Positions 37,790-51,282 of a DNA stretch of 64,000 bases are shown here, in pieces. The stretch's first letter is position 1, and each line of letters begins with the position of its first letter. This DNA is from Octopus vulgaris. Lineage: Eukaryota. The translations under genes and the position numbers were made by a program. The DNA lies in NCBI GenBank assembly GCA_951406725.2, contig OX597821.1, forward strand, positions 48,298,001-48,362,000. The letters are read 5' to 3'. The notes under the pieces are model-generated. The model had not been told where the DNA came from, did no database searches, and saw only the letters and a program-made list of their open reading frames with translations.

Positions 37790-39220
37790 GTGACCATATG
37801 AGGGATAAACTTCGATGTATTCTTTTGCCAACACGAGTATACAGTCCCTATAAATATTGATATATATATAAAATTAAAGCTTAATTTAAGGTCTAATTCA
37901 TTCCAAGTTGTCGACTGGTTTAGTTCTATTAATAGCAAGAAGTGCTCTAAGTTTATCCAATTTGACATTTCTAGTTTCTATTCCTCCATCAACCCAATAG
38001 TACTTAATAAGGCACTCTGGCTAGCTCACAACAAAGCAGATCTCACCAGGGATGAGTTTAATGTCATGTTGGCCACCAGAAAATCTATTATTAAATAGAT
38101 AACAAGCTATGGGTCCATAAAGATACACCTGACAGTTTTTATGTCATGATGAGAAGTTCTGATTCAACACAAATCGCTGATTTGGTCAGTATATATATCC
38201 TTTATGAGATGGCTGAACAATTCCCAAACATCAATGGAGATCTATATTGTGATGTTTGTCTACTCTACTTTCAAAATGCTTCTAACCAAAAAATACAAAA
38301 GGTTAAGAATAGCTTATTTAAATTTTACCAAAACATGGGCTTAAGCATTGTTTTTGATGAAGTAATGAAAGCCAACTTTTTGGATATTACCCTTAACTTG
38401 CATAATGATTTGCACTTCCCATACTATAAACCCTCAACTGATTAAAAATATATTAGCTATTTCAGTCATCATTCTAAGGCTATTACAAAGAATTCAATTA
38501 GGAGCATTTCACCTAGACTTTCTAGATTATCTGCTAATATTGACAGCTTCAACGATAAAGCTGAATTTTATAACTCTGCCTTACTTAAAGCAGGCTATAA
38601 AGAAAAAAATTACTTATATATTAACCTTATTGACATTAATTCTTCCTCTATTAAACAGGGTATGAAATTAAGTTGTAATGATATTACCAATTTAATTTTA
38701 TTTTGAATAACAACACCAAATTGAGTAATGTATTTCTGCAGTGTAAGGGAGATAACCATTATTTAAGACCCTTGTTTCATTATAAAGGTAAATCGATGAC
38801 TTTTAAAGATAATTACCCTACTAACAAGGTATGACCTAGCAAAACTGTTTGGTTTATAATTCCTTATGGTAAGCAGATCAAATCTAACCTCCCTTTCTAG
38901 TTCTGTGAAGCTATAGAAAAGAATTTCATAAGAAATTCAAGATACTATTCAATCATTAACTCACACCGAATTAGGATAGGTTTTTCTAACACAAAAAATC
39001 TTTCACAAATCATCTCTTCGCATAATAATAAGTTGTTAAATACAAATCCACTTACTGAAAAGACTAACATTAATTTTGTTAATACTAATCATTCTTTAAA
39101 TAATGGTAATAGTGGGGCTATTGTTTCTGAAGTCAACTCCAATTGCATTTGTTTTCTTAGCAGTAATTCTAAGACTAAAAACATTTATCAATGTAAGATT
39201 ACTTCCGGTTCTGATATCTA
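37790..39220 (+). mobile_element. Penelope-like element RT and start of GIY-YIG, decayed
   Basis: Reads QFDISSFYSSI, MRSSDSTQIADLVSIYIL, DLYCDV (YxDD-like), NFLDITLNL..PYYKP and NIYQCKIT, then ends at (TA)n. Confidence 0.8.
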
Positions 39221-39227
39221 GGCTAAC

Positions 39228-39321
<94 letters not shown>

Positions 39322-39340
39322 TGATAGATAGATATAGACT
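39228..39340. repeat. (TA)n-(TAGA)n microsatellite
   Basis: Direct observation. Confidence 0.95.
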
Positions 39341-39937
39341 GACAAACAGACAGAATCCATATACATACTGTACAAAACTATACACACACAAATATCAAGC
39401 AAATACATGTGTAAACATCATGCACATACTGAAGAATCATAAACAGACACCATACATATGCATGTGTTGTAGGTGGCTGGTGTATGCACGTGAGCACACA
39501 TATACACACACACATTCTATGCATCCGCTTGTCCATTGAAAAATCTGTCTGTGTATCTCTATTCAGACTCCAGGATTTCACCATTCCATAAAAATTCATT
39601 TATCCCCCAGTCTGTCTCTCTGTCTGTCTCTGCATTGTCTGTTTGTCTTTATTCATACTGTGAACCTCTAGTGGTACAGCAATTGGATTGTGTTGTTTGC
39701 ACTTTTTCTATTTTTCTACAATGTCTCAGCTCCATTGATTAGTTCAGGTCAGGTATAGTGATCAGATTTAATCTCTTCCTCCTTGCTTTTTTGTTGGCAA
39801 ACACGTCTTCATGCTGAGCGCATCTTGTCACTCACACATATGTGCACACATGTATGGATATATATGTGTGTTTGTGAATGGGTGTGTGTATACATATACA
39901 TAAATGTATATACTCACACACGCACACATACACACAC

Positions 39938-39968
<31 letters not shown>

Positions 39969-40044
39969 CATGTATGCACGTATGAATGCATATATATATG
40001 TATATATGTATGTATGCATGTATGCATGTATATACATGTATGAA

Positions 40045-40082
<38 letters not shown>

Positions 40083-40437
40083 TTATATGGGGAGGCCTGT
40101 TTATGGGGTTAGCCTGGGTTTCTCACTCATAAGGGGTGTAGACTTATGGCGTATTTTCAGACTCTAATCACTACCGACCTAAGACCTGTGAAATTTGATT
40201 TGTATACTAAATCGAATTTTTCCCTGTAAGTTTGGAATTATACTCTCTAATATTATTATTAATATTATATATGTCTGTGTGTGTGTGTGTATGTTCCTTT
40301 CACTACCGTCTAAGGATGAATAGATACAATATCATAGATACATACATGCAAATATAAACATACCTATACATATGTACAAACACACACAATCACATAAACA
40401 CATATTCACACACATATATTTGTTTATCCATCTACAC

Positions 40438-40474
<37 letters not shown>

Positions 40475-40534
40475 TCTATTTTTACAGACAATGGTTAAAC
40501 CCAAATACTTTTTTTCTTGCATTTTACATTGACA

Positions 40535-40567
<33 letters not shown>

Positions 40568-41022
40568 GGGTTACCATATGGGTAAATTCTTAAAAGTGCA
40601 CTCCTACGCTTTTAACTAAAAAAAAACTCGGATTTTTCGCATATGGGTAACAGACATACATACTCACACACAGACACACACACACACAGACACACACACA
40701 CAGACACACACACACACACACACGTACACACACACTCATACACACGTGCAAAAGTGCACATACATCTACATATACACACATACATGTGGAAATATATGTA
40801 TATGTGCATATGTGTTTTTATGTGCACATGCTTTTATATACACTTACATACACATGCAAACCTACACACATGTACACATACACAATTACATGCACCAATA
40901 TGCATACTTATATAAAATACAGAATAATGTACGATAAAACACATAGTGATACCTTGGCCGTCTAGTTCTAAGTCAGAGTAGTATTTACCTGCACACTATG
41001 AGAGGGCACAAAGAGATGGATT

Positions 41023-41412
41023 ATGGTGGTGGTGGTGGTGGTTGTGGTGGTGGTGGTGGTGGTGGTGGTGTGTGTGGTGGTGGTGGTGGTGGTGGTGGTT
41101 GTGGTGGTTGTGGTGGTGGTGGTAGTGGTGGTGGTGGTTGTGGTTGTGGTGGTGGTGGTGGTGGTTGTGGTGGTGGTGGTGGTGGTGGGGGGGTAGTGGT
41201 TGTGGTAGTGGTGGTGGTGGTGGTGGTGATGGTGGTGGTGGTGGTGGTGGTGGTGGTGGTGGTGGTGGTGGTGGTTGTGGTTGTGGTGGTGGTAGTGGTG
41301 ATGGTGGTGGTGGTGGTATGGTGGTGGTGGTGGTGGTGGTGGTGGTGGTGGTGGTGGTGGTGGTGGTTGTGGTGGTGGTGGTGGTGGTGGTGGTGGTGGT
41401 GGTGGTGGTGTT
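41023..41412. repeat. About 390-bp (GGT)n trinucleotide tract
   Basis: Direct observation. It is the source of the poly-G/V/W/H/T/P ORFs. Confidence 0.97.
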
Positions 41413-42050
41413 GATAATGATGATGATGATAAATATGGTGGTTCTGGTAGTTGGTGTCGGGGTTGCTGATCATGATGTTAGCTTTATTAATACTGTGACT
41501 GTTGCTACTACTACTACTGCTACTAATTCAAATACTTGTGGTGATGTGATGTTGCGTGTCCATTAATGTTTAGCTAACATCCAGATGAAACCCTCTGAGA
41601 TGCTTGACAATTTTTTGGTAAAATTGTTTGTTTCCATTTTTACCACTGATTTATATTTTTATTTAAATATACATTTTGTCTTCTTTTTTTCTTTTCCAGT
41701 TTTACATTTATTTTTTATTGTTTTATTTCTTATTTCTGCTGATTTCTCTGCCAAAAGAATGTTTTATGAAATCTAAATAATTTCTTACCATGACAGAGAA
41801 TGTTTTTAATAATTGTACACATAATTAAAAAACCTAATCAACAGACTTAAAAGATTAATTAATTTCATCTGCATATAACACTTACATCTATGTTATTGTT
41901 AAAAGCAAGTTAATTCCGCTGTTTGAGCATGAATGTGTGAGTCTATGGTTCAATTCACACAATAGGAACAATATGTTGTCCATGACCAAGGTACTATGAT
42001 TACCATACTGTCACTGAACTCTCTGTCGATAAGTTCAGCTATCTCTGAAT

Positions 42051-42087
<37 letters not shown>

Positions 42088-42760
42088 TATTTGTTTAGCC
42101 CCTGGTAAACTCTGATTGAGTTAACCTATGATCAAAATTGTTCCAGCCAGCCCACCCTGTACATTTAGTGATATCTAGGTCTATTTTATCTAATGCGTAC
42201 TTCCCTTTGATGAGAGTTCTGGTATATCAGGTGAAGTAGAATTTTATCTGAGAGAAATTTTGTTGCTATTTCTGGCAGATCAAGCATTTACTTACAGTAT
42301 CTGTCAAAACTAGGTGCAATTGATAAAACTGAACGTTACTGAGAGTGGTGCTCTTATCTGAGGGATGATTCATTATTGAGCAGTGCTGGGTTCAATATCC
42401 CCTATCGATAAAGTTACATGTGAGAATGTCTAACATCCTATCCAGGATTTATTTCTCATCTCTTTCATACTACAAGAAATAGTGTGAACAAATAGCATCC
42501 TTACAATGATTCCTTGTAATTCAGAGAAAGACATCATTGATTCCAATACTATCAACCAAACAAAATCAATAACTACAACTCCTCCTCCTCCTCCCTATAT
42601 CTTCAGCAAGCCTCAAGTTTTCAATCATCTTTCTTGCAGTCTATCACTTGACATTACAAAGGTGCACCCTCATTGTGATATAACTATACCTCAGTATATT
42701 ACTGTTGCCATTCAAACAACTGAGTCAAATTGATCAGTGTTAGGAGATAAATTCAGAATA

Positions 42761-42967
42761 CCATATATTTCAGTATACAAGTCAAAATTTTCGGCCCACA
42801 TTTACAACCAAAAAACGGTAAATTGACTTATACACTGAGACAACTTTGGAGGACCAAAAATTCCATATGAAATGCAGTAGAATTCTGAAAGACAGCAATA
42901 ATGTTTGAATGTTTACACTGCCTGTTGACACTACATGTTATGTTGACTTGTATGCTGGAAAATAAGG
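42761..42967. mobile_element. pogo/Tigger-like MITE
   Basis: TA-CCATATATTTCAGTATACAAGTC ... GACTTGTATGCTGGAAAATAAGG-TA imperfect TIRs with TA flanks. Confidence 0.6.
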
Positions 42968-43221
42968 TATATCTGAACCTGAGAAACATTACAAATTATT
43001 TCACATTCTCTGAAAGGAGAATATGGAAATAAAAGACTTTAAGTTGGTGTGTCAGTGACAACTGACTCTCTAGTGCAGAATTATCACTATGCTGTGTAGA
43101 AACTGGTCTTAATGAGTAATATTTTATCTTTCTAACTAAATAATGTGTCAGTCATTTAACACTGGTCACACTGACTTCAGTTTTTAGTATCAAATACTGT
43201 TTTCACTACTTTCATTGCAAT

Positions 43222-43795
43222 TATCATCATCACCATCATCATCATCATCATCATCATCGTTTAACGTCCACTTTCCATGCTAGCATGGGTTGGGCGATTT
43301 GACTGAGGACTGGCGAACCAGATGGCTGCACCAGGTTCCAATCTTGATCTGGCAGAGTTTCTACAGCTGAATGCCCTTCCTAATGCCAACCACCCTGAGA
43401 GTGTAGTGGGTGCTTTTATGTGCCACCTTCATGAGGGCCAGTCAGGTAGTACTGGCAACGGCCATGCTCAGGCGGTGTTTTTTACATGCCACTTGCACAG
43501 GAGCTAGTCCAGCAGCACTGGCAGCAACCTCGCTCGAATGTTTTTTTCACGTGCCACCGGCACAAGGGCCGGTAAGGTGAGGCTGGTAACAATCACGCTC
43601 GAATGATGCTTTTTACATGCCACTGGCAAGGAAGCCAGTTAGCTGCTCTGGCAACGATCATGCTTGGATGGTGCTCTTATTGCTCCACTAGCACGGATGC
43701 CAGTCATCGAATTTGATTTCGATTTTGATTTCACTTGCCTCAACAAGTCTTCACAAGCAGAGTTTAGTGTCCAATGAAGGAAGGGTATGCATAAG
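43222..43795 (-). mobile_element. Long family C element with expanded ~60-bp internal subrepeats
   Basis: (CAT)n tail and about five GGTGCTTTTTAC(A/G)TGCCAC..CTGGCAACG subunits. Confidence 0.85.
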
Positions 43796-44341
43796 TGTAT
43801 ACATACATGTTGATGTCTATGAACAGGTGTGTTTTAGGCAATATATTTGTGTGTATGTGTGTGATACACACAATATAATAAATATCCAATTAGTTGGTGT
43901 TTAGTTATTACATACATAAACAAGTAATTGACCTTGTTGATATTAGTTGACTGTCTTTTCATTGCTCTCCAGTGAAAGAAAGAAGATATTGAAATCATCA
44001 TCATCATCATTTAACATCCGTTTTCCATGCTGGCATGGGTTGGACCATGTGACATAGAGCTGGTATGGATAGGAGTCACACCAGGTTCCTTTGTTTGTTT
44101 CTACAGCTGGATGTTCTTCCTAACACCAACCACTTTACTAAGTGGCACCAAGACCAAATATGTTCTAAGACAAATGCCCCTTAACTGGGAGTAGGGGAGT
44201 AATATGAACATGTGTGGTTTTATGCCATTTGAGAGAGGGACAGAAATAGGTAGCTTGTTGTAGAATAGATACAGTGATATCCCAGTTGGAAAAGGAAGGA
44301 GGGTGAGCTAGACAGTAAGATTAAGAGAGCAATATGAGAGA

Positions 44342-44569
44342 TGTTTCTTTACTGCCCACAAGGGGCTAAACATAGAAGGGACAAACAAGGACAGACAAAC
44401 GGATTAAGACGATTATATCGACCCCAGTAAGTAACTGGTACTTAATTTATCGACCCCGAATGGACGAAAGGCAAAGTCGACCTCAGCAGAATTCGAACTC
44501 AGAACGTAAAGACAGACGAAATACCACTAATCATTTCGCCCGGCGTGCTAACGTTTCTGCCAGCTCACC
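44342..44569 (-). mobile_element. SINE family B with 16-bp TSD
   Basis: Flanked by AGAGCAATATGAGAGA at 44326-44341 and 44570-44585. Confidence 0.93.
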
Positions 44570-45393
44570 AGAGCAATATGAGAGAGACAATGGTAAAGAT
44601 GAATCAAGACTTGCCCTCGAATGACATTGAGGGTGATTAGAATAGGTGAGGTGGTACAGAGGTTTGGACTGGGAGAGTGGGCAGGATTAAGATGGCTGTA
44701 GCAAAAGAAGGAGAGAAATATAAGAGAGACTTGGGGATGCAGACTGCAGTAGATATATGAGGACATTGAGGGTGATAGCAGGTGAGTGAGGTGCTAATGA
44801 TGGAGAACAACACAGGAGGAAGTAGACACAAAAAGGAGGTGATTGGCAGAGACAGTAGGTGAGGCAAGACAATGGGAAATGGAGGTGGTTTGAAGAAGGT
44901 AACTGACAAAGCTAGGACAAAGCTTATTCTGCTCTCGGAATTGTAGGAATATAGATTTCTAGAGATTTCTTTCTAATGGCATGTGGTTTAGTGGTTAAGG
45001 TGTTCAGCTCATGCTCTTAAGGTGGTGGGTTCAATTCAGGTGGTACATTGTATCTTAGAACAAGTCACTTCATTTCATGTAGCTACAGTCTACATCATTC
45101 AGCAAACAAAATTGTTTGTTGATCATTGCTTATGTCTGCCAACCTATAAAAATTATACACACTGTCATTTTAAATTAAAGAACTTGTTCTCAAGTGACAT
45201 ACATAACAGTGACTAGCATATTTTGTGTTTAAATCTGCCAGAATAAATTAACAATAAATATGCAAATCTATCCATCCATCCATTCATCCACCCAAACATC
45301 CATTCACCCACTCTCCCACCCATCCATCCATCCATCAATCTGTACGTACGTATGTACGTACATATGTACATACATGCATACGTGTGTGTGTGT

Positions 45394-45444
<51 letters not shown>

Positions 45445-46163
45445 GTGTGTGTGTGCATACACTGGGATTCTGCAGTTTCCATCTCCCTAATTTAACTCCC
45501 ATACTGTTGGTCTAATGACAGTTGGATCACTCACCTAAAATGCTGCACAGTGTGGTTGATTCCAGTATCACATGACTGTGTAGGTGTAAATATGAAATGT
45601 CGAAATGAGGGTAATATTTTGTTTGTCATCATTATCATCATCATCATCTTTTAATGTCCATGTTCCATGCTGGCATAGGGTGGAGAGTTTGACAAGTCTG
45701 AGGATTGCACTGTGCTCCAGTTTCGGCTTTGGCAAAGTTTTTATAGTTGGTTGCCCTTCCTAATGCCAATCATTTTACAGTGTGTATTGGGTGCTATTTT
45801 TGTATCACCAGTTCAAGTGAGGTCACTATGTAGGTTCTAAGCCTATGGACTTTGAGAAAGGCAGCTTTATGTCAGGAAAAGAGGGATTAAAACAAGAGAG
45901 AAAGGTTCAGAACATAGGAGATTTCTTACTATAGGGATGCAACATAGCTACTCACATTATAGAAGAGAGAGCGTAAGTTATTGGAGTGACCTGGAAAACT
46001 ATAAAAAATGGTGATGCAGTATTAGTATGAACCCTCAAGGTATCAGGTGAGTGGAAGTGAATGGGGGCAGAAGAGGAAGTGTGGGTGGGTGGGTAGAGGT
46101 TGCAAGAGTGTATAATTGAGGGAGAGATAGTTAGTGATGGAAATGGGTGTAGGGGGTAAATAT

Positions 46164-46380
46164 ATTTCGTTCATTTATTGGCCACAAGGGCTTACAAAAA
46201 TCAATTAAAACATAAAGGGACAAAACACAGGACGAAAGTTACAAAGGGTTTTGTCTGTTTGAAAAAGTCTGTGTACAAAAGCAGGATAACAACGAAATAT
46301 AAGTAACAATTAAAACTCCCAATAGGGGGAGGTGCTTCGAAAGGTTACTCGTGAAAAAACCCATAAAAGCCACAGGTTAT
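46164..46380 (-). mobile_element. LINE-type 3' UTR fragment sharing its tail with SINE family B
   Basis: The minus strand ends ...GTCCTGTGTTTTGTCCCTTTATG...AGCCCTTGTGGCCAATAAATGAACGAAAT, similar to the SINE tail GTCCTTGTTTGTCCTCTCTGTG..AGCCCCTTGTGGGTAGTAAAGAAAT. Confidence 0.55.
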
Positions 46381-46496
46381 ATAATGAATGAAGAATAAAT
46401 ATTGAGGGATGATAAGTATACATTGAAGAGAAGGTAGGGAAGAGTAGGTGTTGACTTTTGAGACTGTGTAGGGTTGAGGGTGGATATATTAACTGC

Positions 46497-46710
46497 TGGG
46501 AGCTGGCAGAAACGTTTGCACGCTGGGCGAAATCCTTAGCAGTATTTCATCTGTCTTTATGTTCTGAGTTCAAACTCCACTGAGGTCGACTTTGCCTTTC
46601 ATCCTTTTGGGGTCGATAAATTAAGTACCAGTTGTGCACTGGGGTCGATCTAATCGACTGGCCCCCAACCACAAAATTTCGGGCCTTGTGCCTAGAGTAG
46701 AAAAGGATAA
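46497..46710 (+). mobile_element. SINE family B (variant tail, as at 9762)
   Basis: GAGCTGGCAGAAACG head and GGCCTTGTGCCTAGAGTAGAAAAG tail. Confidence 0.85.
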
Positions 46711-48056
46711 GAGGTAAAGGTGATTAATGATATCTGAAAGCTAGGGAGAGGAAGCAGAGAGTAGATGGTGGATAATGCAGAAAAAGATGGACTCTAGCAG
46801 AATAATAAAGATGATACTGTAGACAGGAGAAGAATGAGAGAAGATGAGAGAGAGAGAGAGAGAGAGTAAAACAAGTAGACACAACAGACAGAACAGCTAT
46901 TAAAATTGACATGTTATATGGTTAACTAACAAAGTGCCTTAATTCATACCAATACTATCTTCTCTTAACTTCTCTTAGCTTAGCTTCCCCTGTTTGTTTC
47001 TGACACTGCACTTTACTACCCCCTTTCACTTTTTCAACCTCTCCTACTAATGGCATTACCCTGTTGTCTCTCTACTAAACCACAATTATGTTGCATGAGA
47101 TACACCAACTCTTTAAAGTACCTAATGTATAACGCATAAGACAATATACAACAACATATGTAATATGATATATAACATATCATGACATATGATATACATC
47201 ATATATCACAATGTACATCATATATGGAACATGATATATAATATATAACAATACGTGACATTCTATATTAATAAATAGCATATAGCAATACATGATATAG
47301 AACATACCATGAGATAACTTAAAGTAACATTATGACACTGTAATAATCATGGCTGTCACTCACAAGTACTATGATTTTGATAATTGTGATACCTATGTAG
47401 TCACTCGTAGACATGGGCAACTTCTTAGAACCTCCTACCTCTGACTCTGCAGAACATATAGGATGAAAAAGCTGGAGGGGATGAAGGATGTTAAATAAAA
47501 CACCATACTCAACACACACGCACTGCATAAGGCCATGGGAATTGAACCCATTATCTTATGGTTATGAACCCAACACTGTAGCCACTATGTTACATTACTT
47601 CATAAAAGAATAGATGGTGGTAAAGTATCAGAATCATTACATATCTTCTTAAGTCCACCATTTCGTCAATCACAGCAGCTTCCAAGCTTCACCACTAATT
47701 CAGTTCTCAACTAAATTGCAAACTGTTAAGAGTTTTAGAGAGGACACCTCCTCACTTACACTTAAATAGTTTGAGATTTTGGTTCAGTAGAAAAAAGTTA
47801 CATCAAAATATCTGTGACCTCAATTAACATAAACTTTTTAATTTTAAAATAAAAGTATACTTTTCTTAGGCTTAAATGATAGAAAAACATATGATGAATT
47901 CAGAGTCATTAGTCGCATTGAACAAAAATTAGTAGAAGAAAAGTTATAGGGTGAAATGCCACGAAGTTTTGTGTCAGTAAGTAAGAGAGTAAGGAAGTAA
48001 CACTTAGCTATAAGAATAATAAAGAATATATTGCTAAAATTAATGTTTATGTCCTA

Positions 48057-48175
48057 AGGCAGTGAGCTGACAGAAATGTTAGTATGCTGGGTGAAATGCA
48101 TAGCAGTATTTTGTCTGTGTTTACATTTTGAGTTCAAATTCTGCCGAGGTTGACTTTGCTTTTTATCCATTTCGG
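48057..48175 (+). mobile_element. SINE family B, 3'-truncated
   Basis: Head and central motif only. Confidence 0.75.
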
Positions 48176-48642
48176 ATCTATTCAATTTGACATACAGATT
48201 ATTTAATTAATTTTTTTTAACTAAACACTTTGAAACTTCTGATACTGGTACAATGTGTCACATACAATAGGGTTTACTCTTAACGTTTTTGACAAAATTT
48301 TGTATTTTAGAAGTTATTTCATCACAAGTTACAGAGTGACAATGGACAAATTCATGTTTGATAAGTGCCAATACATGAGAAACTCTAAGTTTTTTACTTA
48401 CTCTCTAACTTCTGCCAATGATATATATGCATATTATACATATATGTGTAAAAAAATCTCAAAAATCTCATCATGCAATCAAACCAATGAAAGAGCCTCT
48501 ACCTGGTCACTCGAAATGCTAAAAATAGCAGGCAATGTAATGTATCCCCCTACACAGTATTCTATAAGGTAAAATCTTAAATTATTAATTGACACATTAT
48601 TAATTATCTTATAACAGCAATGTCTGGAAAAATCATGGATTA

Positions 48643-49125
48643 CATGGAAAAATGTGAGCATGGGAAGTAATATTCTTAAGATTAGGACAAGTTATTACAC
48701 CTGTAAAAGAATAGGACAAATTATTACTTCAAGTAAAGTAAAGAATAAGAAAGTTTTTACTTTAAATATTGCAGCTAAAATTAAAATTTGAATATTAAAA
48801 AATATTTTATTGTAGTTTACAAATAACACTATACTTATTTAAGTAGAATTTGGTTAATTTACTACCTTAAATACAGAAAAAAGTGACTAATTAGACAAAC
48901 TTACAAATTAGCTTAACAGTTTTGAACAATAAATTTAAAAGATGAGTGATAAATTAGAAGAACTGGCATTCTTTGCTGTAATATTTTAAGTAAAAAGTTT
49001 CTTATTCTTTACTTTACATGAAGTAATAGTTTGTCCTATACTTTTACATGTGTAATAACTTGTCCTGTACTTTTCCAGGTTTATAATCTTAAGTATATTA
49101 CTTTTCATGCCTACATTTTTCCGTG
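48643..49125. mobile_element. MITE with ~140-bp TIRs and CAC/TGG termini (CACTA/Chapaev-like)
   Basis: TA-CATGGAAAAATG...GCAGC / GCTGT...CATTTTTCCGTG-TA, with TAGGACAA subrepeats in the arms. Confidence 0.75.
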
Positions 49126-49785
49126 TAATTATGGTATGCTCTGGGTTCAAATCCTGCTAGGATCAACTTTGCCCTTCATCCTTTCAGGGTCAATAAAAAG
49201 TGCTGGGGTGGATTGGTCGAAATGTGTGGAATATGATACATATTTCATATCGTAACACGATATAGTAATAATATATAATATATATTGCATACCATAACAT
49301 GATATAAAACAACATAATGCAAATATCTAGTAAGATATCATTTCACATACATTATCACACAAAAATGTAAAACAACATAATGCAATAATATACAATGACA
49401 TACAATAACATGACATTGTAATCAAATATATTGATGAATATCATCTCAACCACATTTTCTTGTCCTCTGATTTCTTGTTTTTACTTAGAATCTATGAAAC
49501 CAATATCAGTAAAATAGATCAATAGAAACAGATAGGTTATTACAGTTCAAAACCTCTTCAATATAAATCAACAACAGCAACTCATTTTCCTCCGTTTTGA
49601 ATTCAAATCCTGGATTAATTTTCAATATCTGAATGACATTTCTAGCTTACAATTCTCATTAGCATGTTTTGCTTGTGTTTGAACTTGGCTGGTATGTGAG
49701 AGAGAAAAGGTCAAAAGTCACTTTAACTCGCCCTGTCTCATCTCTCCAGAGCTCATGCCATCTGTCCCCCCCGTCTCTCTCTCTC

Positions 49786-49824
<39 letters not shown>

Positions 49825-50327
49825 TATCCTTCTGTTTTTACCCTCCAATGCAATTCAATATATTTATCTGGTTTCAAAATGATTTGATCTTTACCATTTC
49901 CTTGATGTTATTGGAAATTCAAAGTAATATACTAATTAAGTGACATCCATGTGTGCCAGAAATGTATTTATCATTACAATGATGGATGATGGGAGCCTGC
50001 CAAATGACGCATACACAAACAGTCCCATGTGGGCACACAGATGTGCACATGTGCGCACACACACACACACACAGGCACACACACCTTAGAATTTTTATGG
50101 AATTAGATATGATGCATACAGAAATATACATACATGCAAACATTCACGCACACACACACTCATATATATATATATACATATGTATATATGCTGATATATG
50201 ACCTAGATCCTTATTGCAACTGTGCTTCTTTTAGCTTTAAATTAGGAATATATTCCTGAATGTGCATGCACACACACACACACACACATTCAAATACAAA
50301 TAAATATGAATACACATTTGTGTATAT

Positions 50328-50547
50328 GGAGGCGCAATGGCACAGTGGTTAGGGCAGCGGACTTGCGGTCGGAGGATCGCGGTTTCGATTCCCAGACCGG
50401 GCGTTGTGTGTGTTTATTGAGCGAAAACACCTAAAAGCTCCACGAGGCTCCGGCAGGGGGTGGTGGTGATCCCTGCTGTACTCTTTCACCACTCTAAAGG
50501 CAGTGCTCCAGCATGGCCGCAGTCAAATGACTGAAACAAGTACAAAA

Positions 50548-50560
<13 letters not shown>
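50328..50560 (+). mobile_element. tRNA-derived SINE (distinct head) with poly(A) end
   Basis: GGAGGCGCAATGGCACAGTGGTTAGGGCAGCGGACTTGCGGTC..GGTTTCGATTCC (A and B boxes). It shares the GCAGTCAAATGACTGAAACAAG 3' end with family A. Confidence 0.85.
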
Positions 50561-50592
<32 letters not shown>

Positions 50593-50644
50593 AATAATTA
50601 ATATATATATATGCATATATGTATATGTATGTATGTATGTATGT

Positions 50645-51118
50645 TTTGTTTTTTGCTTGTTGTTTTTTGGTTTTTGGTTTTTGTACATTTTTAAATATGA
50701 GAACTTTTATAATAGGTTTTTATATTCAATTGTTTATAGGGTTTATTTTAGATTATTTTAGATTATATATTGATTATATATAGATTATATATAGATTATA
50801 TATAGATTATATATTTTTATTTTCATTGATAATTTTATTATTTTATTATTTTAAATTATATTAAATTATATTTTAAAATATTGATATTTTTAGATCGAAA
50901 ATCCACCTGAAGATTGTCGATAGCAGACATGAAACAATTGTTGTGGCGGTTTATTTAATTTATATTAAAATTTTATGTATTGATTAAGTCTTTTCTTGTT
51001 TGGTTTTAAAATAGTGGTTTTGTCTCGAATTATATTATATAATATTTTACTATAAAATTGGATTTAACCCTAAATCTCATTTTTCCCTGTAATTTTGGAT
51101 TCATTCCCTAATATTTAT

Positions 51119-51120
<2 letters not shown>
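50645..51120 (+). mobile_element. PLE 3'-terminal-like AT-rich element with hammerhead, ending in (TA)n
   Basis: The 3' segment TTTTTCCCTGTAA.TTTGGATT.ATTCCCTAATATT is shared with 40190-40260 (+) and 54795-54870 (-). ATAGTGGTTTT.TCTC is shared with the 3501-3886 palindrome. Confidence 0.7.
50903..50946 (+). ncRNA. Minimal type I hammerhead ribozyme
   Basis: CCAC-CUGAAGA-U-UGUC-GAUAGCA-GACA-U-GAAA-CAAUUG-U-U-GUGG. Stem I is CCAC/GUGG, stem II is UGUC/GACA, and stem III is the palindrome ACAAUUGU. Confidence 0.8.
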
Positions 51121-51165
<45 letters not shown>

Positions 51166-51282
51166 ATATAGCCACAACCACACACACATACCCACACACA
51201 CACACAGACCTGCACACATGCACATACCCACACATACCTCCTTCTCTTGCACTCTCCCATCTTTGAAACAGGACGTCACCAA

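Noticed and set aside
40998-41566. Long poly-G/V/W/H/T/P ORFs
   Set aside because: They are translations of the (GGT)n microsatellite and carry no coding signal.
50328-50400. tRNA-like sequence
   Set aside because: It has A/B boxes, but the acceptor stem does not close and it continues into a SINE body and tail, so it is not called as a tRNA gene.
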